DNA of 64,000 nt from Thiobacillus sp. (GCA_030692355.1 JAUYCF010000085.1:21880-85879), one strand, 5' to 3'; counted from the first letter of the stretch, positions 8,840-17,953 are shown. Notes: a model not told the origin generated them from the sequence alone. Program-made: numbers and translations.

Positions 8840-9619
8840 CTAGAAAGTGATCTCCGCTTCCATGACGGTGACCGCGGAGCCTGAAAGCAGAACGCGGTCG
8901 CCCTTCAACTCGCAGGTGAGGCTGCCGCCACGCTTCGAAACCTGCCGCGCGGACAGGAGGCGCTTGCCCAAGCGGCCCGCCCAGTATGGCGCAAGCGTGC
9001 AATGCGCGGAGCCTGTGACAGGATCTTCGGGGATGCCGAATTTAGGGGCGAAGAATCGGCTGACAAAATCAACGCCCGTGCCGGGCGCGGTAATGATGAC
9101 ACCGCGCAGATCAAGCTTGCCTAGCAGGGCCATGTCGGGGGTAATAGCTCGAACTGTTGCTTCGCTGTCGAAAACGGCCAGGTAATCGCCAGCGGCCAAT
9201 ACCTCGAGAGGTTGCTGTCCAAGCCCTTTGGACAGGATTTCGGAAGGCTCGCATGGTGTCGGCGGACAAGCCGGGAAATTCATTTCCAGCCACTCGCCCT
9301 TCCTTTCCACGATGAGCTCGCCACTGCGTGTTTCAAAGGTGATGGACGGCCCGGCGTAGCCGAGAATGTCGAAAAGGACATGGGCTGTCGCAAGGGTTGC
9401 GTGGCCGCACAGGTCAACCTCCTTGAGCGGGGTGAACCAGCGCAAGTCGAAGCCTATTTCAGAGGGCACAAAGAAAGCCGTCTCGGACAGATTGTTTTCC
9501 TCCGCGATGGCTTGAAGCAGGCCATCGTCCAGCCAGCTTTCCAGCGGGCACACGGCGGCGGGGTTGCCTTCGAATGCGCGGGTTGCGAAGGCGTCTACTT
9601 GGTATTGTTTGATTTTCAT
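8840..9619 (-). CDS. PhzF/YddE family isomerase-epimerase
   Basis: QVDAFATRAFEGNPAAV, ENNLSETAF, EVDLCGHATLA, EDPVTGSAHC. Confidence 0.9.
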   Translation of the reverse strand: MKIKQYQVDAFATRAFEGNPAAVCPLESWLDDGLLQAIAEENNLSETAFFVPSEIGFDLRWFTPLKEVDLCGHATLATAHVLFDILGYAGPSITFETRSGELIVERKGEWLEMNFPACPPTPCEPSEILSKGLGQQPLEVLAAGDYLAVFDSEATVRAITPDMALLGKLDLRGVIITAPGTGVDFVSRFFAPKFGIPEDPVTGSAHCTLAPYWAGRLGKRLLSARQVSKRGGSLTCELKGDRVLLSGSAVTVMEAEITF

Positions 9620-9664
9620 ATCCGGTCTCGATAGAAAGTGGTTGTCCTACACGCGCAGCAAAGT

Positions 9665-10099
9665 TTAAGGGTTCGCGTTTTGCCGTAGCACCTTTAACAG
9701 GCTTTCCAGGTCAGGCGCTTCTTGATACTGAACTCCACTTGAGCCGACAGCATCCCAGGAAGCCTTTGATCCAACATGCAAATGGGCAGCTATTCTCAAG
9801 CTTGCATTGTCTTCGAGTAAGCCAACGGGTATCCAATACTCGGCCCGGCCGTTAAGCGGATTGGGTAACGGGCTTCCGCATTTTGAACAGAAGTCCGAGC
9901 GGTAACCGGTATCTTTTACATATGAGGTAATGCGCTCCTCGCCGCACACCCATTGAAAATTTTCACTTGGGACAATGAGCGCAGCGTTTGCGGCGGAGCC
10001 CGTTGCTTTTCGGCATAAAGAACAGTGGCACTGATAGATGTTCGGCAGCGTGCCAGACACTACGAACCCGACTTCTCCGCAAAGACATTTACCTCGCAT
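9665..10099 (-). CDS. GFA family (Zn-binding, glutathione-dependent formaldehyde-activating enzyme-like) protein
   Basis: GKCLCGEV, CHCSLCRK, FCSKCGSPL, HLHVGSKASW. Confidence 0.88.
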   Translation of the reverse strand: MRGKCLCGEVGFVVSGTLPNIYQCHCSLCRKATGSAANAALIVPSENFQWVCGEERITSYVKDTGYRSDFCSKCGSPLPNPLNGRAEYWIPVGLLEDNASLRIAAHLHVGSKASWDAVGSSGVQYQEAPDLESLLKVLRQNANP

Positions 10100-10118
10100 G
10101 CAACGCCCCCACGAGCAT

Positions 10119-10751
10119 CTAACCTGAAATATTCTGCAAACTTTCTGCCGCGATCTCGCGCACGTCTGCATCTTCATCGGCAACCCGCGCGTCCAGCCAT
10201 GGGCGCGCGGCAGCATCCCCGGTCAGCCCCAGATAATGGCAGGCATCCGCGCGCACCCGCGCGTCGGCGTGCTGCGACAGTTCACCCAGCTGCGGGATCA
10301 GCGCAGCCAGGGTGCGGGTGCCGGCGAAGGCTTCGAACAGCACGCCGGCGCCCAGCCGCACGTTGAGGCTGGCGTCGACGTTGCCGACGATGGGCAGCAC
10401 CGCTGCCAGCAGGGCAGGGTCGGCGTCGATCAGCGTCTGCACTTTGGGCAGCTGGCCTTCCTTCAGCAGCGCATGAAACCAGTCGGCCAGGCCCGCCTCG
10501 CTGTCGGCCTTGGCCGCCCACCCGGCGAGCTCGGCCTTGCCGTGCACCCCGGCGAGTTCGATGCGGCCGATGCGCAGCCAGGGCACCGAGCGCACCCCGA
10601 GCGCTTGACCGACTTCGGGGCGCTGCTCCAGGTTGACCGCCTCCAGGCGGCCGATCGTGCCCTGTTTCACCAGGTCGGCGAGCGCTGCCAGCATCGCCGG
10701 GCAGTGCGGGCAGTGGGTGGAAATCAGCAGCAGGGCGTCGGGTGCGGGCAT
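10119..10751 (-). CDS. Thioredoxin-like (CPHC) plus HEAT-repeat protein
   Basis: LLISTHCPHCP...GVRSVPWL thioredoxin-fold signature; C-terminal DARVRADACHYLG and DADVREIAAESL HEAT-like repeats. Confidence 0.75.
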   Translation of the reverse strand: MPAPDALLLISTHCPHCPAMLAALADLVKQGTIGRLEAVNLEQRPEVGQALGVRSVPWLRIGRIELAGVHGKAELAGWAAKADSEAGLADWFHALLKEGQLPKVQTLIDADPALLAAVLPIVGNVDASLNVRLGAGVLFEAFAGTRTLAALIPQLGELSQHADARVRADACHYLGLTGDAAARPWLDARVADEDADVREIAAESLQNISG

Positions 10752-10805
10752 GGGCGTTGTTCGAATGCGATTGGTTGAATGGTGGCGTGGCGGGATAATG
10801 GCGGC

Positions 10806-11444
10806 ATGGAATTTACCATTCTCCCCGTCACCCCGTATCAACAGAACTGCTCGCTGGTGTGGGATGCCGATGGCCGCGCGGCGCTGATCGACCCCGGCGG
10901 CGAGGCGCAACGCCTGCTGGCGGAGGTTGCTGCGCGCGGGCTCACCCTGGAAAAGATCCTGCTCACCCACGGCCACCTCGACCACGTCGGCGCGGCGGTG
11001 GAACTGCGCGATGCGCTCGACATTCCCATCGTCGGCCCGCAGCGCGAAGAGCAGTTCTGGCTCGACATCCTGCCGCAGCAGGCCGAGTTGTTCGGCTTTC
11101 CGCCGATGCTGACGTTCACGCCCGACCAGTGGCTGGAGGACGGCGACCGGGTCGAAGTGGGCAGCATTCGATTCGATGTGTTGCACTGTCCCGGTCACAC
11201 CCCCGGTCATGTGGTGTTTTTTCAGCCGGAGATGCGACTCGCCTTCGTCGGGGACGTGCTGTTCAAGGGCTCGATCGGCCGCACCGATTTTCCGCGCGGC
11301 GACCATGCAGCCTTGCTGGCCGCCATCCGCAACAAGCTGTTCCCGCTCGGCGATGACGTGCGCTTCGTGCCGGGACACGGCGCGATGTCCACGTTCGGGC
11401 ACGAGCGTCTTGAAAATCCCTTTGTGGGGCTGGCGGCCGACTGA
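10806..11444 (+). CDS. Metallo-beta-lactamase fold hydrolase (glyoxalase II, YcbL/GloC-like)
   Basis: LTHGHLDHVG, PGHTPGH, GDVLFKGSIGRTDF, PGHG. Confidence 0.9.
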   Translation: MEFTILPVTPYQQNCSLVWDADGRAALIDPGGEAQRLLAEVAARGLTLEKILLTHGHLDHVGAAVELRDALDIPIVGPQREEQFWLDILPQQAELFGFPPMLTFTPDQWLEDGDRVEVGSIRFDVLHCPGHTPGHVVFFQPEMRLAFVGDVLFKGSIGRTDFPRGDHAALLAAIRNKLFPLGDDVRFVPGHGAMSTFGHERLENPFVGLAAD

Positions 11445-11466
11445 TCGTCTTTCCGGTCGAGCATGC

Positions 11467-11495
11467 AAAAAAAACGGCACCGCAAGGTGCCGTTT
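11467..11495. terminator. Intrinsic terminator between convergent genes
   Basis: AAACGGCACC-GCAA-GGTGCCGTTT hairpin; the A-run on plus gives a U-tract on minus. Confidence 0.8.
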
Positions 11496-11518
11496 CGACA
11501 GGTTGCGCTTCGGCAGCC

Positions 11519-12568
11519 TTAGTTGCTGTAGGTGTAAACGACCGAATAGGGTACTGTCATCACTACCGGGGAGGTGATGGACAGCGTGGCGGATACGTTG
11601 CCGACCGTGCCGTTGAACGAGCAGCTGTTGATGGTCAGCGAGCCCACGCCGCCAAGCGCGTTGTTCAGCGAGATTTCGGACGTTTGATCGTCGAGCTCGG
11701 AACAGAACTCGTTTTGCGTGTCGGGCTTGGGCACGTTGAGGATGGTGACCGTCGGCGCGACGACTCCTCCGGCATTGACGTTGAGCGTCAGCGTGTAATT
11801 GCCCGTGCCGCCGCTGCCCGGCCCCGGATCGGAGTCGCCCGTGCCGCCGCTGCCGGAGCCGCCCGAACCACCGGTGGGGGTCAGGGTGACGGTGAAGCCG
11901 GTTCCGCTCGATGCCAGGGCCAGCAGTGCCGGGTAGTTGCTGCCTGCGCCGGCCAGGGCGGCTTGCAGGGCCTCCAGCATGTCATCGATGGGGTTGCCGC
12001 TGACCGCGCTGAAACTGGTGGTTATTGGATTGATGCTTGCCAGGCCGGACATGCCGTTCACCGAAACCAGGGCGTTGCGCAGGTTGGCGAGCGCGGTGTT
12101 GACCGCGGTGGCGGTGGCGGTCTGGCCGAGCGTGGCGCCATTCAGCCCGTTGAACCAGACGCCAGGCGCCTGGCCGACCAGGTTGGCGACGATCAGATCG
12201 GTCAGGGGTGTGATGTTGACCGTCCCCAGGCTGAGGGCAAGGGAGTGGAAAGTAGAGGTATTGACCACGCCGTTTACCGTGCCGCCACTCGCCTGAACCG
12301 CGCAGGGCAGGGTCTGGCCCGAGAGCGTGACCGTCCAGGCGCCGCTGACGCTGGTTTGCGTACTCAGGTTGGAGCCGCTGGCACAGACCACCATTACATT
12401 ACCGGCAATAATGGGCATTCCGGTCGCAGCCGTTCCGGATAGCGTCTGGGCCGTCGTCGTGTCCGGCGCGGGCGAGGTGCTATTCCCGCCATCGTTACAG
12501 CCATACAGCAGGCCAAGCGATGGCAAGGCCAATAACAACGCGATTCGTTTCAGTAAAGTGGTAAGCAT
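11519..12568 (-). CDS. Hypothetical lipoprotein (Thr/Gly/Ser-rich, two domains)
   Basis: MLTTLLKRIALLLALPSLGLLYGC lipobox; LSGTAATG...VNITPLTDLIV domain, Gly/Ser linker, beta-rich C-terminal domain. Confidence 0.8.
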   Translation of the reverse strand: MLTTLLKRIALLLALPSLGLLYGCNDGGNSTSPAPDTTTAQTLSGTAATGMPIIAGNVMVVCASGSNLSTQTSVSGAWTVTLSGQTLPCAVQASGGTVNGVVNTSTFHSLALSLGTVNITPLTDLIVANLVGQAPGVWFNGLNGATLGQTATATAVNTALANLRNALVSVNGMSGLASINPITTSFSAVSGNPIDDMLEALQAALAGAGSNYPALLALASSGTGFTVTLTPTGGSGGSGSGGTGDSDPGPGSGGTGNYTLTLNVNAGGVVAPTVTILNVPKPDTQNEFCSELDDQTSEISLNNALGGVGSLTINSCSFNGTVGNVSATLSITSPVVMTVPYSVVYTYSN

Positions 12569-12684
12569 CGAATATAGCCCTTTTGTTTGTCGAATTAGTT
12601 GTTTGAGAAAAACAGGTACGGAACGGTTTGCCGTGTTTGTGAGCCCCCTGCCCCGACCGAAATTTCTCATTGCCAGACCCCGTT

Positions 12685-12923
12685 GTCACCCCCGTGAACA
12701 CGGGGTATGGCCTCAGGACGCCGGCCACTTGAGTTTTTTCCGGCGCGCAATAGCAGCTGTCGTCGTTTGCCGGTGCAGCTGGTTCGACGCTGCCTGCACG
12801 CCCAACCGGTCAGCCTGCCTGTACCAAAGCAGCAGCGATGAATTGGCGCGCAGCGGCGCCGGGCAAGCGTATTGGGGGGTGGCGTTCGCGGGTTTCAACG
12901 CCCCGCCCCCCTGAACACGGGGT
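12685..12923. repeat. Two copies of a short palindrome CCCC(G/C)TGAACACGGGGT
   Basis: Copies at 12690-12706 and 12907-12923. The first is preceded by GTCA, as in GTCA-YCCC...GGG-type intergenic repeats. Confidence 0.5.
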
Positions 12924-13209
12924 TGGTAAATGCGCCCTGTTGCGGAGAATGCGACCGTTCTCATTCAGCCAGATTCCTCGGGGGCGAGACGCGTGGTGGC
13001 GCCGCAGTTCGTATCGAATTCCAGATGTGCGCGGAAGCCTCGGCCGGAAGCTGTCCGGGCGGCGCTAGCCGTGTCCAGGGCAAGAAAGTGCGTGGCTTCA
13101 GCGAGGAAGGCGACAGCGCGCCATATCGCAGCCGATCCGGCGCTGTTCGAGCAGGCAGCCGTTACGGAAGCCCCTCCATCCTTCTGCCCCAACCCCAACG
13201 GAGAGCCCC

Positions 13210-14166
13210 ATGCCGCGAATCTTGTGCGCCCATTCCCTTCGCCTGCTTGCCGCATCTCTTTTGTTGGCGACGACGTCGCAGGCCGATTGCAACGCAGGCA
13301 ACTATCGCCGGGGCCAGGACGAGGCCAGCCGCCAGCGTGCCGCCGAGCAGGTGCGGCGCAACGAGGAAATGCGCAATGGCAGTTTGTACCCGTCGCCCGG
13401 TGTCGTGGGCGGCTACTCATCCGGCAGCGGTGCATCGTCCAGCGTCGCTCCGTCGCTGCCGGTGCTGCAAAGCCAACCCTCTGGACCGCCGTCGATCGAG
13501 CGCACTGAAACGGTGACGGTGCGGGCGCAGGAAACCCAGTCCGAGGCCGTGGCGCGCCTGCTGCGCGAGGCCGAGGACGGCCATGCCAACGCGGCACTGG
13601 CTTACGGCGAGATGCTGTTCAACGGTAAGGGTGTCGCTGAAAATCCGGTCGAAGCCGGAAAATGGTTTCGCATCGCGGCGGAAAAAGGCGTGCCCAGGGC
13701 GATGTTCCTGTGGGGCACGCTGCTCGAAATCGGCTACGGAACGGCCCGGGACCTTCAGGCGGCATTCGTCTGGGTGAAACGCGCTGCCGAGGCAGGCGAG
13801 ATGAATGCCTACGAGCCACTGGCGGCCATGTACCGGGCGGGTCGCGGAACGGTTCTGGATGTGGCTGAAGGCCTGCGCTGGCTGCGCAAGGGGGCGGAAC
13901 AGGGCGACGCGCGTTCCAGCTATGAACTGGGCAGCCTCCATTTCAATGGCGACGGCGTTTCGATAGATGAGGCGGAAGCCGCGCGCTGGTTCCTGAAAAG
14001 CGCCGAGCAGGGCCACCCGGAGGGCATGTTCAATGCGGGCATCATGCACGAACAGGGCTTGCTCGGCATCGCGGTGAACCGGGACATGGCGCTCAAGTGG
14101 TACCGCCAGGCGGCGGCCAAAAACAGTGCGGAGGCACGAACCGCGCTGCAGCGTCTCGGCTACTGA
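13210..14166 (+). CDS. Secreted Sel1-repeat (TPR-like) protein
   Basis: Signal peptide, low-complexity linker, five Sel1-like repeats (e.g. ELGSLHFNGDGVSIDEAEAARWFLKSAEQG). Confidence 0.85.
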   Translation: MPRILCAHSLRLLAASLLLATTSQADCNAGNYRRGQDEASRQRAAEQVRRNEEMRNGSLYPSPGVVGGYSSGSGASSSVAPSLPVLQSQPSGPPSIERTETVTVRAQETQSEAVARLLREAEDGHANAALAYGEMLFNGKGVAENPVEAGKWFRIAAEKGVPRAMFLWGTLLEIGYGTARDLQAAFVWVKRAAEAGEMNAYEPLAAMYRAGRGTVLDVAEGLRWLRKGAEQGDARSSYELGSLHFNGDGVSIDEAEAARWFLKSAEQGHPEGMFNAGIMHEQGLLGIAVNRDMALKWYRQAAAKNSAEARTALQRLGY

Positions 14167-15968
14167 ACCGGCGAGTCGAGCGGCGCATCGAGCCGCACGC
14201 CGCAGCCCCCTCCCGGCACGCTATAGCGTTCGAATATTGCCCCCAGGCGCTGTGCGCGTGCGGCCATGTTTCTGAGGCCGCTGCCGCGCTGCGGCATATC
14301 GGGACAGCCGTGTCCATCGTCGCGAAGATCGAGGCACAGGCGCGCGCCTTCGCAAACCAGTCGAATCTCAACCTTGCGGGCATCGGCGTGGCGGATGGTG
14401 TTGCTCACCGCTTCGCGCAGCACGCGGCCGATGTGCAGCGCCTGCGGTGGCGAGAGATGGATGTTTTCGAGCGCACCGGCCTGCGACCATTCGAGTTGCA
14501 GTCCGGCTTCCGACAGGCGCTTTTCGCATTCGGCGCGCCAGTCTGCGGCCAGGCCAGCCAGTATGCAGTCGTCGGCGCTGCGCGACACCACGTCGCGCAA
14601 ATCCTGCAGCGCCGCGCGCGCAAGTTCGGCGTTTTCCGCGGAGTCGGCGCGATATACCAGCGATAGCAGCTTGGCGCCGACATCGTCGTGCAGATCGCGA
14701 TGGATGCGCTCGCGTTCGCCGGCCACGGCGCGCTCCATTTCAAGTTCGCGCATACGCGTGTAGCTCGCTTCGAGTTCGGCTTCGCGGGCCTGCACGCGCT
14801 GGTCGAGTTCGGCATTCAGGCGCTCGAAATCGGTCAGCGTGCGTAGGTAGCGGTTGGTCATGATCCAGCCGATCGACATGAACAGGATCGGCGCGCCGTA
14901 GTGCAGCAGGAAGATGTCGCCGCCCAGAATGCGCTTGGCGTAATGGCCGAACAGGTGGGCACTGTGAATGGCCCAGTCGTGTAGAGCCAACAGCATGATC
15001 AGGCTCATCGCCGCGACCAGCAGGCGCGCATCGCGATTGCCTCCTGCGGCGGTGTGCAGGGTCATGACGAGGGTGAACAGCGTGAGGGCCAGCGTCGCGA
15101 AGTGCCACAGCGCGGTCACCAGCAGGAAATGTTCCGCCGGGGCCAGCAGCAAGCTGAGGGGCGAGCCGATCAGGAGCAGCAGGATCCAGGGCCGGAAGGC
15201 GTCGCGCCAGGCGCCGATGAAGCGCAGGATGGACGCCAGCAGCAAGACGGCGAACACTTCAAAACTGGCGTTGACGAAGGTTTCCCACTGTGCGGTGCTG
15301 AACGGCACGTCGCGCAGATAGAGATTGGTGGATTGAACGGCCCATATCAAGGCAGCGGTGCCGAAGTAGGCATAGGCTATTTCCTGACGGCGGCGCATCC
15401 ACAGGCTCAGCATCAGGACTCCGATAAAGGCGATCAGCAGCGAGGCGCTCTGGCTCAGCGAGATGTTGAAGAAAAGGGCGCGCTCGTGCTCGGGGCGTAG
15501 TGCCGACTCCTCACCGACTTTCAGCGGAAACAGTACGGCCTGAGTGTATGCGTTGCCGCGCAGATGAATGTGCAGGGTGTTGCCCTGGGTGCGCAATCTT
15601 TCTCCGGGCAACACGAACAGCAGCGGGCGGTTCCAGTTGCGGCCGAGCGGTTCGGCCATGCGGCCGCCGTCGCCGATGAAATGCCCGTTCAGATACACCG
15701 CGGCATTCATCCCCAGTCTGGGCAGAAACACGGCCTGCGTCCTGGCGCTGGGCGGCAGGTCGAAGCGAAAGCGATACCAGCCGTGTTCGAGTCCCGGCGC
15801 GTGATTGCGCTGCCATACGTCGGGCAGCGTTTGTTCCTGCCATGCGGCGTGGTCGGGTGGCGGCACCATGGACGCACTGACGGCAAACTCGCCCTGCGCG
15901 ATCGTAAGCGGCATGGCAGCGGCAACCGGCGCCAGCCATAACCACCCTAGCAGCAGTGCGATGCGCAT
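14160..15968 (-). CDS. 7TM-DISM-type membrane sensor histidine kinase (HisKA_3/NarX class)
   Basis: Signal peptide, periplasmic beta domain (GWYRFRF, NWNRPLLF), about seven TMs, ERERIHRDLHDDVG H-box, REAVSNTIRHA, DDGHG, GSGLRNM. Confidence 0.88.
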   Translation of the reverse strand: MRIALLLGWLWLAPVAAAMPLTIAQGEFAVSASMVPPPDHAAWQEQTLPDVWQRNHAPGLEHGWYRFRFDLPPSARTQAVFLPRLGMNAAVYLNGHFIGDGGRMAEPLGRNWNRPLLFVLPGERLRTQGNTLHIHLRGNAYTQAVLFPLKVGEESALRPEHERALFFNISLSQSASLLIAFIGVLMLSLWMRRRQEIAYAYFGTAALIWAVQSTNLYLRDVPFSTAQWETFVNASFEVFAVLLLASILRFIGAWRDAFRPWILLLLIGSPLSLLLAPAEHFLLVTALWHFATLALTLFTLVMTLHTAAGGNRDARLLVAAMSLIMLLALHDWAIHSAHLFGHYAKRILGGDIFLLHYGAPILFMSIGWIMTNRYLRTLTDFERLNAELDQRVQAREAELEASYTRMRELEMERAVAGERERIHRDLHDDVGAKLLSLVYRADSAENAELARAALQDLRDVVSRSADDCILAGLAADWRAECEKRLSEAGLQLEWSQAGALENIHLSPPQALHIGRVLREAVSNTIRHADARKVEIRLVCEGARLCLDLRDDGHGCPDMPQRGSGLRNMAARAQRLGAIFERYSVPGGGCGVRLDAPLDSPVQ

Positions 15969-15971
15969 CGC

Positions 15972-17204
15972 CTAGAAAAGCGTGGTGATGCGCAGATACA
16001 CGTCGCGAACCTTGACGAAGTTGCGGCCGTCGAACGTATCCTGCATTTCCAGTTTGACGATCAGCGGCAGCGGCAGTTTTCCCGCCTGCCAGGCCGAGAT
16101 GCCGCTCCAGCTCACTCCCAGCCGCCACTGGTCGGCTACGGTGACGGTGTTGGCCGTCAGCGCCGAGGTGTCGGCGCCGCTGGGGGAAATGTAGCGGTCG
16201 GCCGCTTTCTGGAAACGGTGCCAGGTCGCGGAGGTGCGCCAGTCGCCCCAGCGGTAGCCGACTTCCACGTCATATTCCTGGTAGTCGCCCAGATCGCGGT
16301 CGAGCGTTTCGCTGCTGGCCGCCGGTGCCAGCAGCGTGCCGGGTGCCGGCACGCGCAAGGTGCGCTCGTCGGGCAGCTGTTCGAGGTGCTCCGCCAGCAG
16401 GCGCAGATCGAAGCCGGCCCCCAGGTCGCGAAAATATTCCAGCCGCGCGCGTAGCGCCGGCGCCCCGCCGCTCACCGGCACGTCCAGCAGATCGTTCGGG
16501 TCGTCGGCCTCGGCCAGCCCGAAGCGCACACCGAATCCGAGTATGGCGCTGTCGCGCGCGGACTGGTGAAAGCGCCACAGCGCCCCTGCGGTGGGATCGC
16601 CGATACCGCTCGTCGACGTGCCGGCCGGCGGCTTGTAGGCGTAACCCAGGGCCGGGTCGGTCAGCAGTTGCCGCACACCGGCGGTGCCGAGCGGCGCGAC
16701 CGCACCGCCAGCTGGGGCAAACGGGTAATTGGCCGTGCTGACCGGCAAAGCGGGATCGAACAGCGGATTGAAGCCGACATTGCCGCCGCTGACCGAGAAT
16801 GAGGCTTTTGTTCGGGTTTGCGCGGCGGGCACGATGAGGCCGACGGTCAGGTTGTTGGTTACGCCGTAGCCCAGCGCGAGTTCGCGGTAGGCTGTGTTGA
16901 CGCGGGTGTCGAGGCTGAGCGTCCCGAGCGAGGCCCCCGGTCCGAGCGGCGCGAGCGCGGGGAGCACGTTGGCATCGAGGGCCACGCCGTCCGCACCGTT
17001 GTCGAGATCGACCGTGTTGCCCCGGTTGTCGAATTTCTGCGTATAGCCGTTATGCAGCAGGGTCAGCCGCGCTGCCCAGCGCCCCTGCGGCGCCATGCCG
17101 TCGAGAGCGAACCCGGATGCGGTGGGAATGCCGTCGGCCACGACCGGGCAGGAGGCAATGCAGGCCAGACAAAAGCTGGCAAGGAGGCTTGGGGGGAAGC
17201 GCAT
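15972..17204 (-). CDS. Putative outer-membrane beta-barrel (SphA/COG4313-like)
   Basis: Signal peptide, SGIGDPTAGALWRF motif, amphipathic strands, terminal Phe (YLRITTLF). Confidence 0.65.
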   Translation of the reverse strand: MRFPPSLLASFCLACIASCPVVADGIPTASGFALDGMAPQGRWAARLTLLHNGYTQKFDNRGNTVDLDNGADGVALDANVLPALAPLGPGASLGTLSLDTRVNTAYRELALGYGVTNNLTVGLIVPAAQTRTKASFSVSGGNVGFNPLFDPALPVSTANYPFAPAGGAVAPLGTAGVRQLLTDPALGYAYKPPAGTSTSGIGDPTAGALWRFHQSARDSAILGFGVRFGLAEADDPNDLLDVPVSGGAPALRARLEYFRDLGAGFDLRLLAEHLEQLPDERTLRVPAPGTLLAPAASSETLDRDLGDYQEYDVEVGYRWGDWRTSATWHRFQKAADRYISPSGADTSALTANTVTVADQWRLGVSWSGISAWQAGKLPLPLIVKLEMQDTFDGRNFVKVRDVYLRITTLF

Positions 17205-17308
17205 CGGTCAGGACCGTATTTTTTTGGCTATTCTAGCCGAGCCGGCTGTCCTGTACCCCCCGTGTTTGCGGGGGAGGGGTGTGCTTCATGCATCGCTATA
17301 ATCGTGAA

Positions 17309-17938
17309 ATGAAGAACGCATTCATCCTTGAGGATCTGGCCGAATCCCAGGCCTGGCTCGCGCAGGCGCTCGACCGGAGTTTTCCCGGCATCGCGGTGGA
17401 AGCCGCATTCAACATCGAGGAAGCCCTGCAAAAACTGCGCAGTGCGCCGTCCCCCGATATTGCCCTGATCGATCTGAGTCTGCCCGACGGTTCGGGCATA
17501 CGCGTCATCGAGTGGCTGCAACTTCACAGCCCGACCACCCTGTGCGTGGTGGCGAGCATCTTCGACGATGATGGCCATATTTTCCCCGCCCTGCGCGCAG
17601 GCGCGCGCGGTTATTTGCTGAAAGATCAGCCGGTGACCGCCATCGTGCAGGCGCTGACCGGCATTGCTGCAGGCGAGCCGCCCCTGTCGCCCGCCATCGC
17701 CCGCCGCTTGCTGGCATTCTTTCAGCCGGTTTCGGTACGCGAGCAACCTGCGCTCACCGAGCGCGAATCGGAGGTGCTCAGGCTCATCGCCAAGGGGCTG
17801 ACGCAGGCCGAGGCTGCCCGTCTGCTGTGCATTTCGCCCCACACCGTGGCGGGTTATGTGAAAGAGCTGTACCGCAAGCTCAATGTGTCGTCCCGCGCGG
17901 AGGCGGCAGTTCGGGCACGCGACATGGGCTTGGTCTGA
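17309..17938 (+). CDS. NarL/LuxR-family response regulator
   Basis: ILEDL, ALIDLSLPDGSG, GARGYLLKD, LTERESEVLRLIAKG...ISPHTVAGYVKELYRKL. Confidence 0.92.
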   Translation: MKNAFILEDLAESQAWLAQALDRSFPGIAVEAAFNIEEALQKLRSAPSPDIALIDLSLPDGSGIRVIEWLQLHSPTTLCVVASIFDDDGHIFPALRAGARGYLLKDQPVTAIVQALTGIAAGEPPLSPAIARRLLAFFQPVSVREQPALTERESEVLRLIAKGLTQAEAARLLCISPHTVAGYVKELYRKLNVSSRAEAAVRARDMGLV

Positions 17939-17953
17939 CAGCTGGCCGGCCGG

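Noticed and set aside
12700-13209. ORFs 12872-13516 and 12930-13508, or a c-di-GMP riboswitch in the long intergenic region
   Set aside because: The ORFs overlap the Sel1 gene out of frame and lack recognisable motifs. The GEMM consensus (GGCAAAC...GAAA...GACGCAAAGC) is not met.
15778-15800. GTTCGAGTCCC resembling a tRNA T-loop
   Set aside because: Lies inside the histidine kinase CDS; no cloverleaf or acceptor stem.
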